From Candidatus Bathyarchaeota archaeon (GTDB taxonomy: Archaea; Thermoproteota; Bathyarchaeia; 40CM-2-53-6): a stretch of DNA of 64,000 bases. A program made the position numbers and the translations under genes. The number at the start of each line of letters is the position of its first letter. Position 1 is the stretch's first letter. The stretch covers positions 320,001-384,000 of the forward strand of contig CAVPLU010000004.1 in the NCBI GenBank assembly GCA_963706285.1, written 5' to 3'. The notes under the pieces were generated by a model, which saw only the letters and a list, made by a program, of their open reading frames with translations, searched no databases and was not told the origin of the DNA. Of the stretch, positions 31,241 to 41,803 are shown piece after piece.

Positions 31241-31352
31241 ACTGCTTTGCTTCGGCATATCTTAAGTTCTGAATACTTACCAGAACCACATCTCACATAG
31301 TTTATATGAACCCCGATATCGCTAGCTTGAGTCTAATCGAGAGCTGAGGATA

Positions 31353-31547
31353 ATGCCCGCCGAGGTCAGCGATATCGAGGAATTTGTTCGGATTTCCGAA
31401 CGAGCAGAAGAGTGCAGAGTGAAACGTCGCGAAGATATAGTCAAGCTAAAACTTAGAACGCCACGCAAACTATACACGATAAAACTAGGTGCTGACCAGG
31501 CCGCAGATGTTCTGAAGCGGGTCAAGTGCGAAGTCATAGAAACATAG
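31353..31547 (+). CDS. rpl38e: 50S ribosomal protein eL38
   Basis: MPAEVSDIEEF...ECRVKR...KLKLRTPRKLYT. Confidence 0.88.
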   Translation: MPAEVSDIEEFVRISERAEECRVKRREDIVKLKLRTPRKLYTIKLGADQAADVLKRVKCEVIET

Positions 31548-31592
31548 GCCGCTCTAGGTCGCTATCCGGTCGATTCCTCGGGTTGCGAATAG

Positions 31593-31889
31593 TCATATGG
31601 CATGCAGCTCGAGCGAGGTTTCTCTTTTGAAATAGGCGATATTGTCCATTCTTCTAACAAATCTTGTGCAGCGCCCACACTCGGAAGCCAGTATTGGCTG
31701 CTGATCCTCCGGACAAGTCAGTACTTCCACGCTGATAATTCGGTGTCGCGGCGACGTTGGCATTGCGCCATGTGTCTTCACGAAGTCCTCTACTGTAAGC
31801 TCGGGGGCTAATGGATCCTCCAAGTCAACAACAACATGAATTGACCGAATAGGAACACGAATGAAGCTACCCGAGTTCTCAGCGAGCAA
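31593..31889 (-). CDS. Small Cys-containing protein, last gene of the crenactin operon (arcadin-3 candidate)
   Basis: Overlaps the upstream gene; TCPED...ECGRC. Assignment rests on gene context only. Confidence 0.55.
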   Translation of the reverse strand: MLAENSGSFIRVPIRSIHVVVDLEDPLAPELTVEDFVKTHGAMPTSPRHRIISVEVLTCPEDQQPILASECGRCTRFVRRMDNIAYFKRETSLELHAI

Positions 31890-32532
31890 TTGTTCTCTCT
31901 TCCCTACCTCGCCTTGAAAGAACCTCTACCCATGGGTTTCCTGCGAAGAACGTTGGTAGATCGTCTGGCGCGGTGACTGTGGGCAAAACTCGCACAGGAA
32001 CGTAGGGATCAACTGACTCCTGGCGAGGACTCGTTCGTCTCAGAGACATGAGCTCTTCGCTCAAACTCTGAACGGTTCGTTCGAGGGTGTCAACTTGGGT
32101 GCGAAGTTCTCGGATCTCGTTCTGGAACTGATCTGCCGTCCCCTTTTCAGGCTGGGGTAAGGCTGTGGTCGTCATTTCGAAATATCGTGCGGGTAAGGCT
32201 TCATCGACGTTTCTATGATCATAAGTGAACAGCCCGATCCCTCGCTCGTGAAAGAGTCGTGCATCAGTATGAGACGCAGCGGTCTTCGGAAGGGCAAGAT
32301 AGGTTCGATTGGATTTCCCTGCAAGGGCCGTTGCTCTCATGATTGAATTCAGGAAGGCTTGTCGGTCCGTCCAGAGCGACTCGCCCAGAATGATCACACG
32401 AATATTCATGCCCTCGCCTTGAAACAACATGTCAGAAATTTGGGAGTCCACTGTCGGGGACTCGTCAAGACCCGCGCTCGTGAAACGTTGACGGAGCCAT
32501 TGCCTTACGTCTACTGGGTTAGGATGCGACAG
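31879..32532 (-). CDS. Arcadin-2-like crenactin-binding protein (start uncertain)
   Basis: Directly downstream of crenactin. Coiled coil and C-terminal GNPWVEVLSRR resemble the arcadin-2 helix GENEWVKILRSKR (recalled, not searched). Confidence 0.7.
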   Translation of the reverse strand: MSHPNPVDVRQWLRQRFTSAGLDESPTVDSQISDMLFQGEGMNIRVIILGESLWTDRQAFLNSIMRATALAGKSNRTYLALPKTAASHTDARLFHERGIGLFTYDHRNVDEALPARYFEMTTTALPQPEKGTADQFQNEIRELRTQVDTLERTVQSLSEELMSLRRTSPRQESVDPYVPVRVLPTVTAPDDLPTFFAGNPWVEVLSRRGREERTIAR

Positions 32533-33787
32533 GCAGCCATCCCTCCATTCGTTCCCAGTTCCATCTATAGTCCTCCGGAACTGCGTACCCATAGATGATG
32601 CACCCGTGCCAGACTGAGTGTTGTGGATTCTTGGTCATCTTGACTGATACTCCCTTGATCCCCTTCTCTTTCAGTAGCGCCTTCATCTTTGTGGGAGCGT
32701 CCGTCGCGAAATCTCGCAGTTTCTCAGGAGGTTGCCAGCTGAAGTTGCCGCCGGAGAGAAGAATTTCCTTGTAGAGTAGTGGTTGAAGCTCGACCGGGCA
32801 ATGTTCGACAGATCTCACTATTGCCTCACCAAAATCCATCATGCCTTCGAAGAGTGTGTCGCCTACCTTGACATCCTTTGGTCTAGGCATTCCACGTGTC
32901 GTGTAACTTTGGAACAACTCATTCTGAGGGTTGAAGACATATTCTCCGATAAGGAATCTCTGCCATGACTTCTCAGCGAAGTCCACTTCAACTCTAGTTC
33001 CGGGCACTCTGAGTTTTGCCTTGAACTTGGTGGGATTCTCTTTCGCCGCTTTGACTGCTTTCTCTAGATCCAGTGGGAGAAGGCCTAAGTCTTCCTTCAC
33101 CTGTCGAACGAATGCTTCTTCTTGGGCTAGGTCTCCGTACCCTAGATCCTTCAAGATCTCGGCGGTAATGGAATTCGCCTCTCCGCCTCCACGGTTCACG
33201 GTGACTAACGCGCTGCGTATGGGGTAGCTGCTGATTGGGCACACTTGGGTATTGCCGTGTCCTGATTCCACGACGACGCAGGTTGTGACGCCGTGACCTA
33301 TTGCAACTGCGAAAGGCTGAGAGATTACGGTTGCAGCTTTGACAAGTCCGTCCTTTGCGGCTTCCATCATAGTTTCGAAAAGGCTCTCGTACATGTACCT
33401 AGGGGAGACGCTGGAAAGTGATGCCACGACATAGAAACCTTCGAAACTCTTCTCTGACTGGGGGCGAAACATGTTGAGGCCGAAACGAGAGATCTCGTTG
33501 ACAACTCGCCAGGCTCTCTTATCTCCTCGATCTATGACGCCATTCCGCATCGGGTAGACCAGACGGGAAGTGAGATCTTCTGACGATTGCAAATATAGAG
33601 GGACTTCATCTCCCACGACGATTTCTGGTGCCTGATTCAGGGCTCGCATCATAATGGACTCCTGGTCGGGGAAGTAGCCTCTGTTTCTCAGCACCCTCGG
33701 AGCGTCTCCGCAAGTTATCGGCCCGAACTTCAGATCACTGGTTCCGAAATCCATTCCGAACGTATACTGCTCTCTGTATTCGCTCAA
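32519..33787 (-). CDS. Crenactin (archaeal actin)
   Basis: GMDFGTS, YPMRNGVI, VESGHGNT, GG, ILLSGGNF, SVWHG and a crenactin-type Trp-rich C-terminus. Confidence 0.92.
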   Translation of the reverse strand: MSEYREQYTFGMDFGTSDLKFGPITCGDAPRVLRNRGYFPDQESIMMRALNQAPEIVVGDEVPLYLQSSEDLTSRLVYPMRNGVIDRGDKRAWRVVNEISRFGLNMFRPQSEKSFEGFYVVASLSSVSPRYMYESLFETMMEAAKDGLVKAATVISQPFAVAIGHGVTTCVVVESGHGNTQVCPISSYPIRSALVTVNRGGGEANSITAEILKDLGYGDLAQEEAFVRQVKEDLGLLPLDLEKAVKAAKENPTKFKAKLRVPGTRVEVDFAEKSWQRFLIGEYVFNPQNELFQSYTTRGMPRPKDVKVGDTLFEGMMDFGEAIVRSVEHCPVELQPLLYKEILLSGGNFSWQPPEKLRDFATDAPTKMKALLKEKGIKGVSVKMTKNPQHSVWHGCIIYGYAVPEDYRWNWERMEGWLPVAS

Positions 33788-33948
33788 CGCGATCTCCTCT
33801 CAACAACAAGCTTCTCGCCTTCAATACGGACAAGCACCTCTTCGTTAGCTGCGAAAGGAAACAGGGAGTCTTTCACGACATCAGCGGGAATATAGAGAAC
33901 ACCGGTGCGGCTTCTATCCGAACGAGATCCAAGTATTATTCGTGCCAT
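33784..33948 (-). CDS. AbrB/SpoVT-like small protein heading the crenactin operon
   Basis: LYIPADVVKDSLFPF...EEVLVRIEGEKLVVE. Its stop overlaps the crenactin TTG. Confidence 0.75.
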   Translation of the reverse strand: MARIILGSRSDRSRTGVLYIPADVVKDSLFPFAANEEVLVRIEGEKLVVERRSR

Positions 33949-34232
33949 CCCTGTGAGGACCATACAATCTACCTGCCAAATTGACTGACAATGCGTACGA
34001 CAGACATTGCGATAAAAGCCGGGGAATGACTCTTCTGACCTGTGAGCCAAGTGAAACTACTAAGGCAACAGCTCAGCGGCACGAGAGAAACCATTTACGC
34101 AGAGTCGGTCAATTCCTCTAAATCAATTCCAAATACCTGCACCGAACCCGCCTCGAGCAATTTAACAGATTCATGAAACCAAATACCATTTATCAGCCTC
34201 GTCGGTGCGTACGAGGGAAGCGATAACAACAG

Positions 34233-34565
34233 ATGATCTCACTGACGCCCCGTGACTTTTCCGGAGCGACACTCATTGATCCACGCAGCATCCTGACCTT
34301 ATTCTACGCGGATTGGTGTCCATTCTGCAAAAGCTTTCTCACAGTCTTCGAAAGTGCTATGGTGAAAAGAACCGAACCATTAGGTGCCCTTGCCAACATC
34401 AGTGACGAGAGCAATCCATTATGGGAGATATTCAAAGTGGATATAGTCCCGACATTGGTCGGGTTTAGGGAAGGACTAGTAATCGCCAGAAAGGACGGCA
34501 CCCCAGGCATTGGTCTCGGAATGCCTGAACTTGAGGATGCGCTGCGAAAGATGGAGAAACGCTAA
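34233..34565 (+). CDS. Thioredoxin-family protein
   Basis: FYADWCPFC, VPTL. Confidence 0.88.
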   Translation: MISLTPRDFSGATLIDPRSILTLFYADWCPFCKSFLTVFESAMVKRTEPLGALANISDESNPLWEIFKVDIVPTLVGFREGLVIARKDGTPGIGLGMPELEDALRKMEKR

Positions 34566-34653
34566 GCAATATTTCACGAACGATTCACCTGACAAGGCAT
34601 ATATCTCGTCGCCTGAAAGATTGACTTTGACTCATGAGGCATGGAAGGTCTTC

Positions 34654-35499
34654 ATGGTGAAATTTATTGATCTGACGGTTCCAATCGGAATAGCAACTCC
34701 GCCGTGGCCGACATACGAGCCGCTTCAAGTAAAGTACTTCAAGAGACTAGCTCCAAACGGAGCGAACGGACAACTACTGACGCATTCCAATCACGTGGGC
34801 ACCCACCTTGATGGCGAGATTCACTTCTACACGCCCGGCAAAGACATTGCGAGTTTGACGATGGATTTCCTGGTAGGACCAGGAGCGGTAGTGGACCTCT
34901 CAGATGAGGCTGGCGACTATGATGTCTACACTTCGAAGATGATCGAGGATAGAGTTGAGATCAGAAGCGGAGACATTCTGATCATTCATACCGGCTACCA
35001 CAAGTACGGCTGGGATCAACCGACAGCCGATGAGGTCAGATACATGGTTAAGCACCCTGGCCCAGACAGAGAATTCGCAGAATGGGCCAAGAGAAAGAAG
35101 ATCAAGTGGATTGGCGTCGACTGCGGCAGCGCCGACCACCCAATGAACACAATCATCCGCGATTGGATGCCCAGACAAGCAAAAGAGGCTGACGCTCACT
35201 TTCAGAAGAAATTCGGCAAGACCCTGAAGGAATTCTTCTCTGACGACAAATATCAACTCATGCACGTTGAGATGTTCCCTCACGCGATAATTCATGCTGA
35301 ATGCATTGGAGGAGATATCGACCTCCTCCTCAACCAGCGTGCATCGATAGGATTCTTCCCATGGCGATTTGTTGACGGTGAATCAAGCATAGGCCGATGT
35401 GTCGCTGTCCTAGAAGACAGCGAATACGATCGCATCATGAAGAAGAAGGCATCATTACCCAAGACCCGGTTTGGCGACGCGATCGGATGCAGACACTAG
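34654..35499 (+). CDS. Cyclase/kynurenine formamidase-family protein
   Basis: IDLTVP, HVGTHLD, IHTG, GVDCGSADHP. Confidence 0.88.
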   Translation: MVKFIDLTVPIGIATPPWPTYEPLQVKYFKRLAPNGANGQLLTHSNHVGTHLDGEIHFYTPGKDIASLTMDFLVGPGAVVDLSDEAGDYDVYTSKMIEDRVEIRSGDILIIHTGYHKYGWDQPTADEVRYMVKHPGPDREFAEWAKRKKIKWIGVDCGSADHPMNTIIRDWMPRQAKEADAHFQKKFGKTLKEFFSDDKYQLMHVEMFPHAIIHAECIGGDIDLLLNQRASIGFFPWRFVDGESSIGRCVAVLEDSEYDRIMKKKASLPKTRFGDAIGCRH

Positions 35500-35567
35500 A
35501 AAACCAACATCATTGATCGTTCTACGCAACACGCCTGGCACAAGAAAGGATTCGAGAGGCCGGAGGT

Positions 35568-36230
35568 TCAAGTTGCCCCGCTTGTGACTTCACGCTCAAC
35601 TATTTCGTGCAAAATACGGCGCAACCCTTCTTCATAGATAGCCGACCCAATCTTTCTGTAACCTTCAGAGTTCAAATGCAGTCCATCACTCGAGTACTGA
35701 AAGGCAAGACGATTCGTTGCTTCGTCAAGCGTTGCACGGAAAACGTCGGCGCAGGGTATTCCGAGTTCCACGCAGTGGTCTTGCACCAGCTTGTTCAGCA
35801 GCATGCGTGGAGGTATTCCACCATCAAATCCGAGTATTGACGGAACGGTACATGCGATAGGTGTTATTTTGTTCTCGAGAGAAAGCCCATACATCTTGCT
35901 GAGATTCAAGAAAACCTCCTCCGGAGCGACTTCCCAACCCAGATCGTTTGAACCGCCAAGGATTATCACGATTCCAGGTGAGAGACAGATCACATCTGAG
36001 TCGAATCGAGCTAGCATCTGTTCGGTAAGTTCACCGACAATTCCCTTGTTGACGATCTCAACGGTGAATGGATTAAGTGGGAATTCTCTTTTGATGTGGT
36101 CGGCTAGGAAGTCAGTGTATGGAGTCGAACCCCCTCCAGAGAGTTCGTACGATTGAAATCCAACCGTTAGACTGTCACCAAGTGCTACAATCCTAATGTC
36201 TGTAGGCGCCTTTGACATAGGGTTCGCCAT
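35568..36230 (-). CDS. SGNH/GDSL hydrolase
   Basis: GDSLT, NKG, GGSND, DGLH. Confidence 0.9.
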   Translation of the reverse strand: MANPMSKAPTDIRIVALGDSLTVGFQSYELSGGGSTPYTDFLADHIKREFPLNPFTVEIVNKGIVGELTEQMLARFDSDVICLSPGIVIILGGSNDLGWEVAPEEVFLNLSKMYGLSLENKITPIACTVPSILGFDGGIPPRMLLNKLVQDHCVELGIPCADVFRATLDEATNRLAFQYSSDGLHLNSEGYRKIGSAIYEEGLRRILHEIVEREVTSGAT

Positions 36231-36302
36231 GGCTTCCGATATCGCCTCACAAGCGAATCTTGGATCATCTACCACTGTTTTATACTGTACTAGTTCTGTG
36301 CG

Positions 36303-37172
36303 TTGAAGGCGACAGATTTGGCCAGTCTGTGGACCGGTCTGCTCCTTCGCATTGCAAAGCATTGGATAGCAGGCGACAGCTCCGAGGACGCTTTTACACG
36401 TGCTCAGCAATCAAATGCCCGCGGAGTGAGAGGGATCATCAACCTACTTGGAGAGGAAATCACCTCTCAAGAGGAGACGGTTACTGCCACTGCAAAATAC
36501 CTCGAGATCCTGGAAACACTAAACGAACGCCAAATCCAGAGCTGCATTTCCGTGAAACCGACCCAGCTGGGGCTGTCAATAGACCCATCACTGTTCAGAA
36601 ACAACCTGAGCACGATCCTCAGCAAAGCCATGTCGCTTGGAACCTTCGTATGGGTGGATATGGAAGGTTCGGCGTTCACGGCGGAGATTGTCGATGCATA
36701 CCTTCAGTTCCTTGAGAAATCGGACAAAATCGGCGTTACGATCCAAGCTTACCTGAGAAGAAGCGAAGAAGACACAAGTCGCATTCTTGATAGCGGCGGA
36801 GTAATCAGGCTCTGCAAGGGCGCCTATAATGAAAGCCCGGAAATCGTCTTCAAGCATAAGAGTGAGATCAATGAAAACTTCTTGAAACTCATGCGAGTCA
36901 TGTTCGAACGTGGAAGAGGCTTCGCAATTGCAACTCATGACGAGAAACTGATCGAGGAAGCTACTCGTCTGAGCAATGTTCACCACGCAGATTTTGAGTT
37001 CGAAATGCTCATGGGAATCAGAGACAAGAAGAAACTCGAACTGGTAAAGAGAGGGTATCGGGTAAGCGAGTATATTCCATTTGGCAAGAGCTGGTGGGCA
37101 TACTCGGTGAGACGAATTCGAGAGCACAAGAGCAACATATTCTTGCTAGCTCGCTCGCTTGTGAGTGGATAG
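36303..37172 (+). CDS. Proline dehydrogenase (monofunctional)
   Basis: SVKPTQLG, VDME, QAYLRR, RLCKGAY, ATHD, YSVRR. Confidence 0.92.
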   Translation: MKATDLASLWTGLLLRIAKHWIAGDSSEDAFTRAQQSNARGVRGIINLLGEEITSQEETVTATAKYLEILETLNERQIQSCISVKPTQLGLSIDPSLFRNNLSTILSKAMSLGTFVWVDMEGSAFTAEIVDAYLQFLEKSDKIGVTIQAYLRRSEEDTSRILDSGGVIRLCKGAYNESPEIVFKHKSEINENFLKLMRVMFERGRGFAIATHDEKLIEEATRLSNVHHADFEFEMLMGIRDKKKLELVKRGYRVSEYIPFGKSWWAYSVRRIREHKSNIFLLARSLVSG

Positions 37173-37220
37173 AGCCACTCGCTAGGATCAAAATCCCCGT
37201 GACGCGACCTTCCAACAGAA

Positions 37221-38427
37221 TCATATGTGTATGGATACTTGCTGATTCAGGATCTTCCGGAGCGCAGACTCTATCCTTTCCTTGTCGCCCAAAAGAGAAG
37301 CCCGTAGTCTCGCCTCTTGTGATTCCAATTCGGTGATGTGGTTCTTGCACTGGGTGATTTCCGTTCGAATATCATCTAACTGATTATGTACTGAAAGCCA
37401 CTGGTCGTAGAGCCCGGATCCTTTGAGTTGTCTCAGAACTTCTCGCTTGTTAGCCTCAAGTATGTCGTGATCCTCTTTGAATCTGTCGAGTCTCCCTGCT
37501 TGAAGGGCCTGAATTGCATCAGCGGCTTTCCTTTTTCTCCTCTGATCAAGAAGCAGCTCATCGCTCTCTAGCAACTGATGCACTGAAATGAGCAGGTCTC
37601 GCATCTCGCCAGTTGACGTCTCTAAGACGGTGCCCAGTGGGTTCTCGACGATCTTGCTGACAATGGCCCTACTCAGTCCCTCCTCCACCTTCTCATTAGC
37701 TCTGTCTATCTTTCGCAAAGGCTTCAAGAGAGGTTCAAGCAATGCGAGAATCTCTACCTCTCTTTGTCTAGCTTCTTCTTCTATGTGGTTCAGTTCTTTG
37801 ATGGACTGATCATGACTTAGCGAAGAGAGGTCGTTCTGTAGCCTCTCCTCCTGAACCTGTAGTCTCATTGCGGTTTCTTTCGTTTGCTGGATCTCATCTC
37901 GTCTTGAGATTGAGTTCACGAGCATTCTGCACAAGCCGATCTGCGTCATCTGCAATGAAGTGAAGCTCTTTGAGGTTCGAGCTCTCAAGTACTTGACCGA
38001 GTTCTGTGACGCTCTGGCTAAGGGTCGAAATGGAATCCTCTAGGGCTGAGGACTCGGATTTGACCGCTCGTATGATGCTCGGAACGTACTTGTTGTATGT
38101 TTTGACGATGGTTCGGGTAGTCTGTACCGAACTCTCTTGGAATTTCCGCAATTCGTCATATGATGCATGAGGCTTGCTTGCGGCCAGGGATCTGCAATCA
38201 TCAAGAACCTGTTCCGTAAGTCTAATACCATGTTGCTCTGCTGGTTTGGTCAAGGTTCCCCACGCTCGCCCGATCGCCTCGCGGAGATTTGTTGCTGCCC
38301 TTTCGACCGATCCGACTGATCTTAGGATGCGTTTCTCATTGGATGAGAATTGACCACGGTAGGACCGCTCCCTATCAGCAATGATCTCGCGCATTTTGTC
38401 TGAGAGGCTCTGTATGGGTACTTCCAT
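37221..38427 (-). CDS. Helical/coiled-coil hypothetical protein split by a frameshift near 37900
   Basis: Two overlapping helical ORFs (37894-38427 and 37221-37988) read as one protein of about 400 aa. Confidence 0.6.
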
Positions 38428-38562
38428 GGATTCTCATTCCTTGTATTTCTAGGATTGACCGTTCTGGCCAGACAGATGCGCCGTTCGAAATTGAATTTGG
38501 CATGGCGTGGAGCCGATATGCATATGAGGCTTTCTTCCTCATCAACAGAACGGGGTGCCATC

Positions 38563-38664
38563 ATGCCTTTCTGTGTGAAATGCGGAGCCGAACTTTCGAC
38601 TGGAGTTGCATTCTGTCAGAAATGTGGCAGCCTCATATTGAATTTGTGCGGTAAGATGCTGTAG
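38563..38664 (+). pseudogene. Truncated zinc-ribbon protein
   Basis: MPFCVKCGAELSTGVAFCQKCGS followed by an early stop. Confidence 0.5.
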
Positions 38665-38699
38665 GTCTGGGCGTTTAGCAAGAATTCAAGAAAACAGTT

Positions 38700-38843
38700 T
38701 GGTGCGGGGGGAGGGATTTGAACCCTTTCGTTCGGAATTCCGCTCAGGTTTTCCGAATCTCGAACCCCTACGGGACAGGAGCCTTTGGACGAGGTCTGTG
38801 ACCTCTCAGTCCTGCGCCTTTGACCTGGCTGGGCGACCCCCGC
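38700..38843 (-). tRNA. tRNA-Leu(GAG) with introns at 34/35 and 51/52
   Basis: GCGGGGG acceptor, long variable arm, encoded CCA. Introns at 38785-38806 and 38725-38758. Confidence 0.9.
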
Positions 38844-38967
38844 ATTACCGAGTCATGATGGCTTAGGCTGATTTAATGATTGCCGCGGGCCTTCGACGAG
38901 AGAATCGTGTGGATTTCAAAGAGATATAACTGGACGGAATCGCATTTGATCAAGCGGAGTGTGGTCC

Positions 38968-39090
38968 ATGCTGCTTGCGGGCAAAGTGGCTCTTGTTGCT
39001 GGTGCTTCGCGAGGAATAGTCAGGAAATAGCTCTGAGATGGCGAGAGAGGGTGCTGATGTTGTTGTCAACTATGCGAGTGGCGAATGGGC
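38968..39090 (+). pseudogene. SDR/FabG oxidoreductase N-terminal fragment
   Basis: MLLAGKVALVAGASRGI / QEIAL / MAREGADVVVNYAS read across frameshifts; the rest is missing. Confidence 0.75.
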
Positions 39091-39767
39091 ATGGGCGCCT
39101 ACGCTCGCTATATGCGATGAGAGAAGGATGGTGGTTGCGTGTTTGATGTTTTCATTCTTGGATTGATTGCTTTGTTTGGCTGTGCGTCGCATTCTCTCAG
39201 CTTAGTGTCATGCTGTGACCTGCCCCTATCTGGTGTCGGATATGTGTCACGCACTACGGTCTTCTGAGTTTAAGCCGAGCGAGGACTGCAAAGCGAAGTT
39301 TTGTGAGAACGAGGCACATGTGAAGCCTGTTCGAGATACGACGCTGCTTTTCGAGCCTTTGCATCTGGTTTTCCGGCAGCCGATCCTGACGACGCGTTGT
39401 TCACTTGAATTGCGTCAAAAGTAGTTCGCGTCGTCGTTCCGCCCCGCAATTCGTTTCGTCTAATTGTTATGAATCCACGCGGTGAAATCAAACAGCGGTT
39501 CTTGCATCATGGTAGCACCGTAGATATTTCGCGTGTATGACAACAACGACATACATCGAACGGTGCACGCTAGCCCCCACAGTAGAGGAGAATGAGGAAC
39601 CCCAACCTCCCGATTCAAACGCCCCATTCCTGGTCTCTTCGCAATCATGATAATGTCTGTATATCTCTCAAACAGCCATCCGACACTACCTAGCAAGCCA
39701 CAGAGCCCCACCCGCATCGAAAGAACCAATTATCAATAGCCTAAATGGAGAACCTTCAAAAGTCATC

Positions 39768-40040
39768 ATGTGGGAAACTAGGTACGAGTGTTCAGTCTTG
39801 GCTAGAGTTCAATATCTTGTGGCAGGAATCGGAGTCCTCCTTATGGTGGTAACCCTCGCTGCAACTATGGCAATGCTCAATTTCGAGTTAAACCTGGAGG
39901 GTGCCGAGTACCGCATGCTGACAAGAAACACATTCCTTCTAGTGTCAGGCACATTTCTGGGCGTGATGTTTTTCGTGATCGGCTGGAGTCTCATCATGGT
40001 GGCCATAGGTTTAAGCTTCGGACTCGCAAGACGAAAATAG
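39768..40040 (+). CDS. Small two-TM membrane protein
   Basis: Two hydrophobic helices and a basic C-terminus. Confidence 0.5.
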   Translation: MWETRYECSVLARVQYLVAGIGVLLMVVTLAATMAMLNFELNLEGAEYRMLTRNTFLLVSGTFLGVMFFVIGWSLIMVAIGLSFGLARRK

Positions 40041-40119
40041 GCATTTTGTGTGCAACGAACGCGCTCAACGGCGTTCCGCAACAGGCTTGCCATGAAACAA
40101 CGAAGCCAGAGGCATTCCT

Positions 40120-41025
40120 TCATGCGCGACGTCGATGTCTGAGGACGAAAAGGGCTAGGAAGATTCCTATCAGAACTGACTCCAACGGAAATCCAGGAAC
40201 AGTAGCGCCCTGATCCCAGAAGAAGACAGGTCCTGTTGTAGGAGTGAGGGATAGGTTTGTCTTTAGGAATTCTGCCTGATTGGAATGCGTCTCGGTCCAA
40301 ACACCAATACCATCAGGCTCGTTACCGGTGGCATTTGATGATGTCCTGTATCCTGTGCAGATTCCATAAGTAGGATCGAAGAGGTCCGTCTCAGTGCCCG
40401 ACCCTTTCGCGTAGACTCCGTCCTGATTCCTCACTAATCCAAGGATTTCAGCACCATAAGACAGGCTCCAAACCTTCAATTGAACCCCCTCTATGTTTGC
40501 CATCTCCGTCGAAACGCTGAATTCCACATCTGTGAATTTCTCGCCTCTTGCGTCAGCGTCAGGAACCCACCATGCTGAATGTGTATTTTCCACTTTCGCT
40601 CAACTGTTCAACGTTCACCAGCCACCACGTGGGATGACCGATCAGTTCCTCGCTGGTGTATTCTCGACAGCAGTCACCCTGAGCGTAGCTCGAGAAATGG
40701 TGTATTCATCCTCTCGGACGAAATCGGGTCGCGTATCAACAAGACCAGTCACAGTTGGCACACGAACGATTCATGAGGCATCATCACGGGAATAAAGCAA
40801 CCGTCGCTGACGAAATCTACTCGCACAGAAATATTGGAGACGAAGTTGTAGGTTACGGGGTGCACGATTTGAAGCCGCAATGAACCAGGATGGACACCTG
40901 AGACCGACATGAGCCTGCCGACATGACTGTTGATTTCCTGCCGCAGATACTTTCGATACACAAAACAGAGGGAAAACAGCCAGCAATAACATGAGGAAAC
41001 TCATCCTAGCACATCTTATCCTCAA
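40120..41025 (-). pseudogene. Frameshifted surface protein with signal peptide and PGF-type C-terminal anchor
   Basis: Hydrophobic N-terminus in 40771-41025 and VPGFPLESVLIGIFLALFVLRHRRRA at the end, with several frame changes between. Confidence 0.6.
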
Positions 41026-41107
41026 GACAGCTCAGGCTCCTTTCAGGCTACTCAAAGCACTACTAATTTCGAACTGTATCGCGTATATTACTGTCGGCCA
41101 ATAGCAA

Positions 41108-41398
41108 TCAACCTCTTCGCCTAAGTTTCAAGCGGAAAAGAATATTGTGTTCTTTCGTTCTCGAGGGAAGCGTTCCCCAACGGGCCCCCTTCACGTCATA
41201 ATGCCAAGATTTGCTCTTCTTCTGCTTCTCAAGGAGAAGATGGTCGCCTTCAATATGAACGGTGAGCTCTTCTCCAAGCTGGAAAGGAAAGCGGTCGTCT
41301 CCAACGAGATCAGATGGTAAGTAGGCTGAATGTCGCCCATTTAACCGGTAGGTTTTGGTCTTTGCTGCGTTTCTGTTCACGTTACCGGCGAGAAACAA
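41108..41398 (-). CDS. AbrB/SpoVT-like protein
   Basis: YLPSDLVGDDRFPFQLGEELTVHIEGDHLLLEK, paralogous to 33784-33948. Confidence 0.6.
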   Translation of the reverse strand: MFLAGNVNRNAAKTKTYRLNGRHSAYLPSDLVGDDRFPFQLGEELTVHIEGDHLLLEKQKKSKSWHYDVKGARWGTLPSRTKEHNILFRLKLRRRG

Positions 41399-41440
41399 TA
41401 GATGAGTATATGCGAGTTCAAGGAAGCCAGGGGCGGTTCA

Positions 41441-41803
41441 TCAACCATCTCGGGCGAAAACCCAGAGGGCATACAGACAGAATACATAAAGTCCAAACAA
41501 CGAAATGAGAGAGAAAAGTAATCCGTAGAAACCAAGATGCCCCAGCAATGGGGCGCTCTCGACATAGCACTTGGTCTCTTGGTATGGTGCTTCATTGCAA
41601 TGTCCGCCTTCATTATCGCAGACTGTCTTAGAACTGTAGACTTCCTCGCACTGTTGGGGAAGCTGTCTCTTCATAAAATCGGCATAACCTAGCATACTCA
41701 ACGAGAGCAAGAGGAGTAGAAGAAAACCTATTCCAACTTTGTGAAACTTCTTCAGCTTCAGAACTGCCGCCTCTCGATTTGCCAGTCCCATTCTTACTAC
41801 CAT
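41441..41803 (-). CDS. Two-TM protein with a four-Cys loop
   Basis: The ORF track labels it +, but MVVRMGLANREAAV reads from the reverse complement of 41803 downward. Confidence 0.5.
   Translation of the reverse strand: MVVRMGLANREAAVLKLKKFHKVGIGFLLLLLLSLSMLGYADFMKRQLPQQCEEVYSSKTVCDNEGGHCNEAPYQETKCYVESAPLLGHLGFYGLLFSLISLFGLYVFCLYALWVFARDG

Noticed and set aside
41441-41803. ORF-track strand label +
   Set aside because: The given translation comes from the minus strand.
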